A stretch of DNA of 64,000 bases, taken from contig JBCDFZ010000003.1 in the NCBI GenBank assembly GCA_039177115.1, positions 18,564-82,563 on the forward strand, written 5' to 3'. The translations under genes and the position numbers were made by a program. Positions 25,232-34,903 of this stretch are shown here, in pieces. Source of the DNA: Myxococcota bacterium (GTDB lineage: Bacteria > Myxococcota_A > Polyangia > Polyangiales > Houyiibacteriaceae). Position 1 is the first letter of the stretch; each line of letters begins with the position of its first letter. Below the pieces are notes generated by a model that was not told the DNA's origin, did not search any database, and was given only the letters and a program-made list of their open reading frames with translations.

Positions 25232-28200
25232 GTGAACTTCACCGACACCTTCATCAAGCGCCCCGTCCTGTCGACAGTCGTCGGCCTGGTCATCCTGCTC
25301 TTGGGAGTCCAGGGGTTCGCGAGCATCTCGGTGAGCGAGTTCCCCAAGATGAAGAACACGGTCATCACCGTGACCACGATCTACCCCGGAGCTCCACAGG
25401 ACCTCATTCAAGGCTTCATCACCACGCCGCTTCAGACAGCGATGGCCTCTGCTGAAGGCATCGACTACCTCGCCGCGTCGTCTGTCCCGAGCCAGAGCCA
25501 GATCCAAGCGTACGTCGAGCTCGACTACGATCCCGACTCGGCCCTCGTGGAGATCATGTCCAAGGTCGCCCAAGTGCAGAGCCAGTTGCCGAAGAACGCA
25601 CTGCAGCCCGTCATCGACAAGGAGACCGGCGACGAAGTCTCCGTGTTCTACATGGGCTTCTACTCCGACACCCTCAGCTCGGAGCAAATCACGGAGTACA
25701 TCAGTCGCATCGTTCAGCCACTGTTCGAGACCGTAGAGGGCGTGGGCGAAGTGGACATCCTCGGAGGCACCGAATACGCGATGCGTGTCTGGCTCGATCC
25801 GAAAGAGATGGCGGCGCGTCAGGTTCGGCCGGACGAGGTTTTCGAAGCCCTCACCAACAACAACTATCAGGCCGCAGCCGGGCAGATCGAAGGCTACTTC
25901 ACCGTCGCCTCGATCACCGCGAACACCACGCTCGAAGACACCAAGCAGTTCGAGCAGCTGGTCGTCCGGCACGAAGACGACACGCTCATTCGATTGCGCG
26001 ACATCGCCACGATCGAACTCGGCTCGGAAACCTACGACACGCGCGTTCTAGTCAAGGGGAAGCCGGCGGTCGCACTGCAGGTGGAGCAGGCGCCCGACGC
26101 GAACCCAATCACCGTGATCGGCGCCATTAAAGCGATGCTGCCGGAGATGTCGACGCAGATGCCGGAGGGGCTCGAGTACGAAATCCTGCTCGACCAGACG
26201 GTGTTCATCGAGGACTCCATTCACGAGGTGGTCGACACCATCTGGATCACCGCGGCCATCGTGATCCTGGTGATCTTTCTCTTCATGGGCAGCTTCCGCG
26301 CCGTGATCATTCCAGTGGTGACCATTCCGCTCTCTCTGGTCGGGGTCATCTTCTTCATGGAAGCGCTCGATTTCTCCCTGAATCTTCTGACCCTGCTGGC
26401 CATGGTGATCGCGATCGGGCTGGTCGTGGATGACGCCATCGTCGTAGTCGAGAACGTCCAGCGACACATCGACGAGGGGAAAACACCGCTCGAGGCGGCC
26501 AAGCTCGGCGCAAGGGAGATCGCGGGGCCGGTGATCGTCATGACCTTCACGCTCGCAGCCGTGTTCGCTCCGATCGGATTCGTCGGAGGGCTGTCCGGCG
26601 CGCTCTTCTCAGAGTTTGCCTTCACCTTGGCCGGGTCGGTGGTGGTCTCAGGCATCCTCGCGCTGACGCTCTCTCCCATGATGAGCTCTCGCTTCCTGAA
26701 GGGCGGTGATAAACCGAAGATGCAAGAATGGGTCGAACGTACGTTCGCCAAGGTCGAACGGCGCTACGCCCGCCTGCTCGAAGACGTGCTCGAGCATCGG
26801 CCCATGATTCTGATGCTTGCCGCGGCGGTGCTCTCGAGCATCCCTGTCCTGTTCTTGAACACGCCCGTCGAGCTGGCTCCGGATGAAGACAAAGGCATCA
26901 TCATGGGACAGGGCACGGCTCCGATGTACGCGAACATCGACTACACCGCGAAGTACACGGAGCAAGCAGCCGACATCTTCCAGGCGCTCCCGGAGAACCA
27001 GATCACGTTCTCCGTGGCGGGCTCGGCTGGACCGAGCGCATCCTTCATCGCAACGAGCCTCAAGCCCTGGAAGGAGCGAAAGCGGAGCCAGCGCGAGATC
27101 CGCATGGCGCTGCAGAAGGAGCTCACCGAAGTCACTGGGATGGAGTTCTACACGTTCGTGATCCCGCCGCTGCCGGGCAACAAGATCGGACTGCCCGTCC
27201 AATTCGTGATCACCACGCAGGACTCGGGTTTCGACCAACTCTACAAGGTGATGCTCGAGATCGAGAGCAAGGCAGAGGCAAGCGGCAAGTTCTATTTCAT
27301 CGACCGGAGCCTCCGCATGAACAATCCGGAGATCACGCTCGACGTGGACTCCTCGCTCGCCGGAGAGCTGGGGATTACCATGGCTGAGATCGGACGCGCT
27401 CTCGCGCTCGCGTTCGGCGACAACTACATCGATTACTTCGACATGGAGGGCCGCAGCTACGAAGTGATTCCGCAGGTCGCCCGTGAGTTTCGGATCGACG
27501 ACGACACCATCAATCAGATCTACGTAGCGACCGCGACCGACAGGCTCGTTCCGCTGGGTACGGTGGTTTCGATCAAGAAGACCACCACCCCGAACGCACT
27601 CACGCAGTACAACCAGCTCAACTCCGCGAGCCTCAACATGCTTCCCTACCCGTGGGTTTCGATGGGGGAAGCCGTCGAGCTTCTCGATGGCTGGGCGAAA
27701 GAGGTGTTTCCGAAAGGATACGACTACGCGTACACAGGCGAATCTCGTCAGTACGTCCAGGAGGGTAACACGCTGGTCTACGCGTTCATCTTCGCCATCC
27801 TTCTCATCTTCCTCATGCTGGCCGCCAAGTTCGAGTCGTGGCGCGACCCGTTCGTGGTGATGTTGAGTGTACCCATGGCAATCTCGGGCGCGCTCGTGTT
27901 CATGCAGGCCGGTGTCACCACTCTCAACATCTACTCCGAGATCGGGTTGGTGACGCTGGTCGGTCTCATCAGCAAGCACGGAATCCTGATCGTCGAGTTC
28001 GCGAACCAGTTGCAGGACGAAGGCAAGTCCAAGCTGGACGCCATCCAGGGCGCTGCGGCGACCCGCCTACGACCTGTGCTGATGACCACGTTCGCGATTG
28101 TCGTCGCGATGATCCCGCTCATGATTGCGAGCGGCGCCGGGGCCGCAGCCCATCACTCCATCGGATGGGTCATCTTCGCGGGCATGTCGATTGGAACGTG

Positions 28201-28300
28201 CTTCACCCTCTTCGTGGTTCCGGTCATGTACAGCTACATCTCCGTGGACCGGTCGGAGAAAGAGCGCGCTCACAGCGAATCGTCGACCCCAGCCGCTTGA
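25232..28300 (+). CDS. RND efflux pump inner-membrane permease (AcrB/HAE1-like)
   Basis: 1022 aa. N-terminus MNFTDTFIKRPVLSTVVGLVILLLG. 12-TM layout with two large periplasmic loops. Confidence 0.9.
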   Translation: MNFTDTFIKRPVLSTVVGLVILLLGVQGFASISVSEFPKMKNTVITVTTIYPGAPQDLIQGFITTPLQTAMASAEGIDYLAASSVPSQSQIQAYVELDYDPDSALVEIMSKVAQVQSQLPKNALQPVIDKETGDEVSVFYMGFYSDTLSSEQITEYISRIVQPLFETVEGVGEVDILGGTEYAMRVWLDPKEMAARQVRPDEVFEALTNNNYQAAAGQIEGYFTVASITANTTLEDTKQFEQLVVRHEDDTLIRLRDIATIELGSETYDTRVLVKGKPAVALQVEQAPDANPITVIGAIKAMLPEMSTQMPEGLEYEILLDQTVFIEDSIHEVVDTIWITAAIVILVIFLFMGSFRAVIIPVVTIPLSLVGVIFFMEALDFSLNLLTLLAMVIAIGLVVDDAIVVVENVQRHIDEGKTPLEAAKLGAREIAGPVIVMTFTLAAVFAPIGFVGGLSGALFSEFAFTLAGSVVVSGILALTLSPMMSSRFLKGGDKPKMQEWVERTFAKVERRYARLLEDVLEHRPMILMLAAAVLSSIPVLFLNTPVELAPDEDKGIIMGQGTAPMYANIDYTAKYTEQAADIFQALPENQITFSVAGSAGPSASFIATSLKPWKERKRSQREIRMALQKELTEVTGMEFYTFVIPPLPGNKIGLPVQFVITTQDSGFDQLYKVMLEIESKAEASGKFYFIDRSLRMNNPEITLDVDSSLAGELGITMAEIGRALALAFGDNYIDYFDMEGRSYEVIPQVAREFRIDDDTINQIYVATATDRLVPLGTVVSIKKTTTPNALTQYNQLNSASLNMLPYPWVSMGEAVELLDGWAKEVFPKGYDYAYTGESRQYVQEGNTLVYAFIFAILLIFLMLAAKFESWRDPFVVMLSVPMAISGALVFMQAGVTTLNIYSEIGLVTLVGLISKHGILIVEFANQLQDEGKSKLDAIQGAAATRLRPVLMTTFAIVVAMIPLMIASGAGAAAHHSIGWVIFAGMSIGTCFTLFVVPVMYSYISVDRSEKERAHSESSTPAA

Positions 28301-28978
28301 ATTTGCCCTCGGGCGATTTTCACGATGCGCATGGTGAGAACGGCGACCGCGACCAGTCCGAGCACGAGCGCGGCGCCCTGGGCCTCCCAGTTTGCGTGCT
28401 GTTTTCCCGCCATCTCGGTGACGTGCGCTGCGACGGTTCCGAGATACACGTCGAAGAACATGTGCGGGAACATCCCGAGCGTGCCGATCGCGACCGCCCG
28501 AAACGGGACACGCACGCCTCCGAAAGCGTAGCTGAACACCGCCGGGTTCAAGGGCAGGAGCCGAATCCAGAAGACGAGACTCGTGCCCTGAGTCTCGGCA
28601 GCAGCGACGGCGTTTCGGATGTTCGGGCGGTCGTCGAGCGCCCGCAGAACTGGCTTCCGCAAGATACGACGCCCAATCAGATACACGAGGAGGTTCGCGA
28701 CGTACACCGAAATGAAGTAGACCGCGTAGCCCTTCCACAGCCCAAAGACGACGCCGGCCGTGATTCCGAAAAGCGTGTTCGGGAAGAAGAACGGCTCGAG
28801 GACGATCACTGCGAGGATGAAGAAGAAAGGTCCCGCTGTTCCGAGCCCTTTGACCCAGTGCTCCATCTCGGGCAGCAGATGCGCAAGCCGATGCCCTTCG
28901 AACCCGAGAACGAGAATCGCGAGGCCCAACAGCAACCAGAGGCCGCGCTTTCCACTCGTTCGACGCGACTCGGTCATG
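28270..28978 (-). CDS. TVP38/TMEM64 (DedA-related) family membrane protein
   Basis: ORF 28270..29016, with start preferred at ATG 28978 (MTESRRTSGKRGLWLLLGLAIL). Conserved stretch: FFPNTLFGITAGVVFG...RLLPLNPAVFSYAFG. Confidence 0.7.
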
Positions 28979-29064
28979 CGTCTTTCCCTTGTCCACGATC
29001 CGGCAAAGACCCGCAAGGAGGCGCTTGTTGGACCGTTGGATTGGAGGTTTGCTAACCTGAAAAC

Positions 29065-29751
29065 ATGACCAGACGCCTTGCCATCGCGTTCCTGACGATC
29101 GCGGCCGCGTCACTCGGCTGCGAAGACGAGACGGTGCCCCCGCCGCCATCGTCGACTGGCGGCACCAACGGAACCGGGAACGTCGCGGGCATGGGCCCCA
29201 CCGGCGGCACCAGCGGTAGCGGCGGCAGCGCGGCTTCAGGCGGTGCAGGCGGCTCTGGAGCGACTGGCGGCGCGGGCGGATCCGCAGGCAGCGGCGGGTC
29301 GAACGGCACGGGCGGCTTTTCGGGCAACGGCGGCGGTGGCGCTGGAGCAGGTGGCGAGGCTGGCGCAGGCGGCGACAACGGCTTCTCCGGGTCTGCCTGC
29401 ATAAACGATCCGGACTCGGCAGTCATCAGTGCCGCGGTACCCAACCTTCGCCAGCGTTCGGCAGCCTGCGGAGTCAGTTGCCAGATGGCGACCGGCCTGG
29501 AGTTTCTCGCTTGCGTCGACGAGTGCTTCACTTTGTCGGTCCCCGACCTCTCTACCGGTTGCAAGGCCTGCTACCTCGAGCTGGCGACCTGTGCCGGCCC
29601 GGAGTGCAACGCCATCTGCGCGCACGAAGATGGGAATGCGTGCAGTCCAGACTGCCTAGGCAACGACCCACTTTGTGCAAACTACCCAGCCTGCCTGGAT
29701 GCGTTGAACAACTGCGCCGGCAGGGTATCACTCGACTGCGGCGGTACGTAG
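29065..29751 (+). CDS. Lipoprotein with a Gly/Ser/Ala-rich linker and a 16-Cys C-terminal domain (paralog of 55800..56306)
   Basis: Lipobox AAASLGC. About 90 aa of GGSGG-type linker. Cys scaffold: GCKACYLELATCAGPECNAICAHEDGNACSPDC. TAACCT sits 6 nt upstream of the ATG. Confidence 0.65.
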   Translation: MTRRLAIAFLTIAAASLGCEDETVPPPPSSTGGTNGTGNVAGMGPTGGTSGSGGSAASGGAGGSGATGGAGGSAGSGGSNGTGGFSGNGGGGAGAGGEAGAGGDNGFSGSACINDPDSAVISAAVPNLRQRSAACGVSCQMATGLEFLACVDECFTLSVPDLSTGCKACYLELATCAGPECNAICAHEDGNACSPDCLGNDPLCANYPACLDALNNCAGRVSLDCGGT

Positions 29752-30166
29752 CCTCCTACGGCCGGCCCCTGCGGGTATCGACCATCTTCTCGGCGCCCTT
29801 TCGCGACGCCTCGAAGCGCGGAGGCACGCTAACCATCGAGCGGTGGTTTCGATTGCGCGGTGTTCGAGCACGGCGGTGTTTGCGGTACCTGACGCCATCC
29901 GTAGTGGTATCCTCAGATTGAATCGCCCGTGCATGAGGAAAGGACTCTCGACCGACGGCGTTCACGTCGTAGATCACGTCTAACTGAACAGCTGCTCCGA
30001 CTCTCCAGTCGACGTTGGGGGCACGCGGGTCGACTGGCTTCGGCGCCTCGCTCCCAAGCCTCCTTTGCTCGACGTCCTCGACAGGTCCAACGCATGCCCT
30101 CGTCGTATCGCTGAACGCAACCTCGAAACCGCTAGGCGAATCGCGAGAGTCTGTTATTGTCGCCAG

Positions 30167-31822
30167 GTGACGGAGTCGAGTCTGCCGCCGGGGCTTTCTC
30201 CAAGCGGTCCGCTCAACCCAGAGCGCCCGTCCCTGCAGCGCACGATTGGCCTCGTCGGTCTCACCTTCGTCGCCGTGGGGGGCATCATCGGGTCGGGCTG
30301 GCTCTTCGCGCCACTCCTGACGAGCCGGCTCGCCGGCCCCGCGGCGCTGATTTCGTGGGCGATTGGCGGCGTAGCCATGCTCGCCCTCGCGCTGTGTTTC
30401 GCCGAAGTCGTCGGTATTCTTCCGGTTGCTGGCGGCATCGCCCGAATCCCGCACTTCACGCACGGGGACGTCACCAGCGCCGTGCTCGGCTGGTCCGCAT
30501 GGGTCGGATACAACACGGCCGCGCCGATCGAGACCATCGCGATGATGCAGTACATGGATCACTACGTGCCTTGGCTCTTCGACGGCAACGTCACCGACGG
30601 TTCAATGAGCTTCGCGGGCATGCTCGTCACGATCGGCGTGCTGGGCTTCTTCGTGGTGATCAATGCTTTTGGCGCAGAGGTTTTCTCCAAGGCGAACGCG
30701 GCGCTCACCTGGTTCAAGCTCGCAATCCCGGTCGTCATCGGCGTGGCCATCTTTATGGCGCGTTTCGAGCCCGGAAACTTCTCGGCCGGCGGCGGCTTCG
30801 CGCCCTACGGTGTGAAAGGGATCTTTGCCGCGGTGTCCGCGGGCGGCATCCTGTTCGCACTCATCGGGTTTCGCCACGCCATCGACATGGCGGGCGAGGT
30901 GAAGAACCCGAAGTTCACGATCCCTGCAGCGCTCACCATCTCTCTCGTCATCTGCCTTGCTGTTTACGGGCTTCTCCAAGTAGCTTTCGTTGGCGCGATT
31001 GACCCAGCTCTCCTCGAGAACGGCTGGGCGAACCTCGAGTTCGATCACACGCTCGGTCCGCTCGCGGGCGTCGCGGCCGCGCTCGGGATCGGCTGGATCA
31101 CCATCACGCTCAACGCGGGCGCCATCGTGAGCCCGTTTGGAGGCGGGCTCGTCGCCACAGGATCGATGGCGCGTCTCGGGTACGCGCTCGGACAAAACCG
31201 CGTGTTTCCCCGCTACTTCGAGCATCTGTCGAAGCGCGGTGTTCCGTTCCGCTGCTTGATGCTCAATTTCGTGCTTGGGGCCGCCGTCGTGCTCTTCGTT
31301 CCGTTTGACGAGGCCGTCGCACTCAACGGGGCCGCAATCACGCTTTCGTTCTCGGCTGGCCCTCTCGCGGTGTTGGCCCTGCGTAAGCAGTACCCCGAGG
31401 CGGAGCGCGGCTTTCGACTGCCTTTCGCGCAGCTTATCGCGCCGTTCGCGTTCATCGTAGCGACGCTCATCGTGTACTGGAGCGGCTGGGATACGATGTG
31501 GCGACTCTTCTTGATCGTGTTGGTCGGCATCGGTGTGTTCGCGATTCGGATGCGGCAAGAACGGGTCCGAAGGCACGAACTCGATCTCCGAGAAGCCTCG
31601 TGGCTTCTGCCTTACCTCCTCGGCATCGGAGTCGTGTCGTACCTAGGCGACTACGGCAGTGGGACCGGGGCACTCACTTACCCATGGGACATCATCGCGG
31701 TGGCGATCGTGGCCCTCGCGGTCTACGCCTACGGCTTCCGAGTGCGTCTCCCGCACGACAAGGCGAAAGTGTATCGCAAGCGTTGGGGAACCGATCTCCC
31801 GCCCGACACCATTCCGCTCTGA
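30167..31822 (+). CDS. APC superfamily amino acid permease
   Basis: ORF 30065..31822. GTG 30167 is preferred because TATTGT sits 6 nt upstream. Conserved stretch: IGLVGLTFVAVGGIIGSGWLFAP...AALISWAIGGVAMLALALCFAE. 12 TM helices. Confidence 0.8.
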   Translation: MTESSLPPGLSPSGPLNPERPSLQRTIGLVGLTFVAVGGIIGSGWLFAPLLTSRLAGPAALISWAIGGVAMLALALCFAEVVGILPVAGGIARIPHFTHGDVTSAVLGWSAWVGYNTAAPIETIAMMQYMDHYVPWLFDGNVTDGSMSFAGMLVTIGVLGFFVVINAFGAEVFSKANAALTWFKLAIPVVIGVAIFMARFEPGNFSAGGGFAPYGVKGIFAAVSAGGILFALIGFRHAIDMAGEVKNPKFTIPAALTISLVICLAVYGLLQVAFVGAIDPALLENGWANLEFDHTLGPLAGVAAALGIGWITITLNAGAIVSPFGGGLVATGSMARLGYALGQNRVFPRYFEHLSKRGVPFRCLMLNFVLGAAVVLFVPFDEAVALNGAAITLSFSAGPLAVLALRKQYPEAERGFRLPFAQLIAPFAFIVATLIVYWSGWDTMWRLFLIVLVGIGVFAIRMRQERVRRHELDLREASWLLPYLLGIGVVSYLGDYGSGTGALTYPWDIIAVAIVALAVYAYGFRVRLPHDKAKVYRKRWGTDLPPDTIPL

Positions 31823-31831
31823 GGAACGAGC

Positions 31832-33100
31832 CTAGGCCTCGGGGAGGCCGAGCGAGGCGCGGACCAGGTCCGCCCCGGCTGGGAGCTGGAACACCCGAAG
31901 CTCGAACTCGGGAAGCACGGCGAGAAAGTGGTCGAAGAGATCGGCCTGGATTCCTTCGTAGCGCGCCCAATTCTGGTCGTTCGAGAACACGTAGATCTCG
32001 ATCGGAAGGCCTCGATCGGATGGGGGGAGCTGTCGCACGAGGAAGGTCATGTCTCTGTGGACCTTGGGATGATGTCGAAGGTACGCAACCACGTAGGCCC
32101 GAAACGTGCCGACGTTGGTGAGGCGACGCAGATTGGTCGGCAGGTCGTCCGCCTTCCGCGCCTGATTGGTGGCCTCGACCTCCGTTCGTTTCTCGTGAAG
32201 ATAGTCCTTGAGGAGCTCGATCTTCTCGAAGCGACGCAGCATCTCGTCGTCGCAGAACCGGATGCTGTTCATATCGATGTTGAGCGCCCGCTTGATCCGG
32301 CGCCCGCCCGACTCGCTCATTCCGCGCCAGTTCTTGAACGAGTCCTGCATGAGTTGGTACGTGGGGATCGTAGAGATTGTCTTGTCCCAGTTCTGCACCT
32401 TGACCGTGTTGAGGGACACCTCGAGGACGTCACCGTCAGCGCCGTACTTCGGCATCTCGATCCAGTCTCCACGCCTCACCATATCGTTGGTAGTCAGCTG
32501 CACGCTCGCGACGAAACCGAGAATACTGTCCTTGAACACGAGCATGATCACAGCGGTCAGTGCGCCGATTCCGCTGAGGAGTGCCCATGGCGACCGATCG
32601 ATCAGACGGGACACGATGAGAACGACGGTCACGATGACCAGTACGATTTGCGCCACCTGCACGTACGTCTTGATTGGCGCGCGCTGAGAGCTCTCGTAGG
32701 TCCGGTAGACCTTCACGGCGGCGTTCAAAGCGCCGTTGATCGCGAGAGCCACCGTGATGATGACTAAAGCCATCGCGAGCCGCTGGATGATCGAAGCGAT
32801 CGAGTCCTGCTTCGGAAAGACGAACGGCACGGCTGCGTAGATCACCAGAATCGGAGCGAGGTGCGCGAGACGATCTGGGACGCGCTCCACTACCATGGCG
32901 TTGTCCCATTGGGTCTTCGACGTGGCGGCGAACCGCTTCACCCAGGTGAGCAGGATTCGGTTGGTCAGAAAGTCGACGAGCCACGCGAGGAAAAGCGCGC
33001 CCAAAAACAAGATCCCGATGGCCAGCGGTTCTGCGAAACCCGCAGAGACTCGGTTTGCTTCTAGATACTCGGTGAGGTTCAGGAGTGGGTCAGACAGCAT
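31832..33100 (-). CDS. MscS-family mechanosensitive channel (YbdG/MscM-like)
   Basis: N-terminal TM helices, then the beta-domain DMVRRGDWIEMPKYGADGDVLEVSLNTVKVQNWDKTISTIP. Confidence 0.8.
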   Translation of the reverse strand: MLSDPLLNLTEYLEANRVSAGFAEPLAIGILFLGALFLAWLVDFLTNRILLTWVKRFAATSKTQWDNAMVVERVPDRLAHLAPILVIYAAVPFVFPKQDSIASIIQRLAMALVIITVALAINGALNAAVKVYRTYESSQRAPIKTYVQVAQIVLVIVTVVLIVSRLIDRSPWALLSGIGALTAVIMLVFKDSILGFVASVQLTTNDMVRRGDWIEMPKYGADGDVLEVSLNTVKVQNWDKTISTIPTYQLMQDSFKNWRGMSESGGRRIKRALNIDMNSIRFCDDEMLRRFEKIELLKDYLHEKRTEVEATNQARKADDLPTNLRRLTNVGTFRAYVVAYLRHHPKVHRDMTFLVRQLPPSDRGLPIEIYVFSNDQNWARYEGIQADLFDHFLAVLPEFELRVFQLPAGADLVRASLGLPEA

Positions 33101-33138
33101 GGCGAGCGCGGAGTGTAGCCTCTCTACTCATAGGGAAG

Positions 33139-33144
33139 TAGTAT
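33139..33144 (+). promoter_or_regulatory. -10-like TAGTAT, 6 nt upstream of the xdhC-N ATG
   Basis: gaagTAGTATcgacccATG. The divergent mscS gene has TACACT (33117..33112), 11 nt upstream of its ATG. Confidence 0.35.
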
Positions 33145-33150
33145 CGACCC

Positions 33151-33477
33151 ATGTCGTACGCTCCCGAGGCACAGCTTCTCGGGACGGCGCGGGACTGGAA
33201 ACGAGCAGGTCATCGCGTCGCCCTTGCAACGGTCGTGCGAACGTGGGGGTCGTCGCCTCGGCCGGCCGGCAGCCACCTCATCGTACGGGACGATGGTCTT
33301 TTTCTGGGCTCGGTATCAGGCGGCTGCGTCGAGGGCGCCGTCGTCGAGGAGGCGCACGGGGTGATGGGCTCAGGATCGCCCAAGATGCTCGAGTTCGGGG
33401 TGACCCACGAGCAGGCCTGGGAGGTGGGGCTCGCGTGCGGAGGATCGGTGCGAATCTACGTGGAGCCCATCACGTGA
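33151..33477 (+). CDS. XdhC/CoxI-family N-terminal domain protein (molybdenum hydroxylase maturation)
   Basis: ATVVRTWGSSPRPAGSHLIVRDDGLFLGSVSGGCVEGAVV is the typical XdhC_CoxI domain. Confidence 0.75.
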   Translation: MSYAPEAQLLGTARDWKRAGHRVALATVVRTWGSSPRPAGSHLIVRDDGLFLGSVSGGCVEGAVVEEAHGVMGSGSPKMLEFGVTHEQAWEVGLACGGSVRIYVEPIT

Positions 33478-34157
33478 AGGCCACAGTTCTCGATGCCCTG
33501 CTCGAAGACGTGTCGGCGAAGCGTCCCGTGGTCCTGATCACCGACCTGGCCACGGGCGAGCAGCGGCTCCTTCACCCGGGCGAGGGTCGAGTCGGAAGCG
33601 AGCGCGAGACCGTCCAAGCATCGCTCCGCGACGACCGATGCGTGACCGTCGACGCAAACGAAACCAGCCAGTTCTATCAGCCGTTCAACCCGCCGCTTCG
33701 GATGGTTATCGTAGGCGCTGTGCACATCACACAAGCCCTAGCCACAATTGCCGCAGTCGCAGGATACGAAGTCCTGGTCGTCGATCCGCGGGCCGCCTTT
33801 GCCTCTGCCGATCGCTTCGAGGGAGTGGCGGTGGACTCCCGATGGCCGGACGAGGCGCTCGAGAACGCCGCCCTCGATGCGCGATCCGCCGTCGTGACCC
33901 TGACGCACGACCCCAAGCTCGACGACCCGGCGCTCGCGGTCGCTTTGCGTAGCGACGCATTCTACGTCGGCAGTCTTGGAAGCAAGAAGACGCACGCGTC
34001 GCGCCAGAAGCGCCTTCGTAAAGCCGGTTTCGCCGACGAGGAGATCGCGAGGGTTCACGGCCCCGTCGGCCTGGCCATCGGCTCGAGGACGCCCGAGGAG
34101 ATTGCAGTTTCTATCCTCGCCGAGGTAACCGAAGCCCTCCGTCGGCCTAAGGCATGA
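33474..34157 (+). CDS. XdhC-family Rossmann (XdhC_C) domain protein
   Basis: GTG 33474 overlaps the upstream stop (GTGA). Conserved stretch: PPLRMVIVGAVHITQALATIAAVAGYEVLVVDPR...THDPKLDDPAL. Confidence 0.75.
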   Translation: MKATVLDALLEDVSAKRPVVLITDLATGEQRLLHPGEGRVGSERETVQASLRDDRCVTVDANETSQFYQPFNPPLRMVIVGAVHITQALATIAAVAGYEVLVVDPRAAFASADRFEGVAVDSRWPDEALENAALDARSAVVTLTHDPKLDDPALAVALRSDAFYVGSLGSKKTHASRQKRLRKAGFADEEIARVHGPVGLAIGSRTPEEIAVSILAEVTEALRRPKA

Positions 34158-34164
34158 GTCACCC

Positions 34165-34833
34165 ATGAACGATCGCGCCACGACCATTCGCGCCGACTTC
34201 GCCAAGCGCGAGGTCGTTCACCTCGACTCGATCCCGTGGTCGCCGTCCCCCCTGCCTGGTGTGGACCGACGGATGCTCGATCGGATCGGGGACGAAGTCG
34301 CGCGAGCGACATCTGTGGTGCGGTATGCCCCAAACAGCCGGTTCCCCAGTCACACCCACGAACTAGGCGAAGAGTTCTTCGTGCTCGACGGCGTGTTCTC
34401 CGACGAACATGGAGACTTTCCGGCCGGCACATACGTGAGAAATCCGCCGGGCACGAGCCACTCGCCGCACACCGTCGACGGGTGCGAGATCTTCGTCAAG
34501 CTTCGCCAGTTCGACGGCGAGGACCTCACGCCGGTTCGAATCGACACCCGCACGGCGCCGTTCTTCGAGGGCGCCGCTCCTGGACTGGAGGTACGACCGC
34601 TCCACGAGTTCCGCGGTGAGAACGTGGCGCTCGTCCGATGGGCGCCGGGAACTCAGTTTCATCCTCACATGCACATGGGCGGGGAAGAGATCTTAGTCGT
34701 CGAGGGCGTGTTCTCGGACGAATTCGGCGACTACCCCGCCGGCACTTGGATCCGGAGCCCGCACGCAAGCAGACATCGTCCGTTTTCCGAGGAGGGGTGC
34801 TTGATCTACGTGAAGACGGGCCACCTCAAGTGA
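34165..34833 (+). CDS. ChrR-like bicupin protein (no anti-sigma N-terminal domain)
   Basis: Two cupin repeats: SHTHELGEEFFVLDGVFSDEHGDFPAGTYVRNPPGTSHSP and HPHMHMGGEEILVVEGVFSDEFGDYPAGTWIRSPHASRH. Confidence 0.7.
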   Translation: MNDRATTIRADFAKREVVHLDSIPWSPSPLPGVDRRMLDRIGDEVARATSVVRYAPNSRFPSHTHELGEEFFVLDGVFSDEHGDFPAGTYVRNPPGTSHSPHTVDGCEIFVKLRQFDGEDLTPVRIDTRTAPFFEGAAPGLEVRPLHEFRGENVALVRWAPGTQFHPHMHMGGEEILVVEGVFSDEFGDYPAGTWIRSPHASRHRPFSEEGCLIYVKTGHLK

Positions 34834-34903
34834 CGAAGGCACCTCCCACGGGGCGTCGACTCGCGTCGAGAACGCTCGAGGAGGTGCCGAGTCTTGAACC
34901 GGC

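Noticed and set aside
26648-27979. 443-aa minus-strand ORF inside the RND permease gene (similarly 5713..7194, 61149..62303, 28067..29149, 35694..36599, 14419..15159, 41419..42417)
   Set aside because: All are antisense to genes with strong family motifs and have Arg/Pro/His-rich junk translations.
29100-29400. GGC/GGN-rich repetitive DNA (also 55860..55990) that could look like a tandem repeat or CRISPR-like array
   Set aside because: It has no regular repeat-spacer structure. It is in frame within lipoprotein genes and encodes Gly/Ser/Ala linkers.
29752-30166. Possible minus-strand coding in the 415-bp spacer (tail of ORF 29756..30562, for example NVDWRVGAAVQLDVIYDVNAVGRESF)
   Set aside because: Third-position G+C counted by hand over 44 codons is about 59 percent, well below neighbouring genes (about 80 percent in kefG). 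The rest of the ORF is basic junk and overlaps the permease antisense. I treat it as non-coding, but I did not identify a function for this long spacer.
34531-34542. GGTTCGAATC, a tRNA T-arm-like sequence
   Set aside because: It lies inside the bicupin coding frame, and the flanks form no acceptor or anticodon stems. I found no tRNA anywhere in the window.
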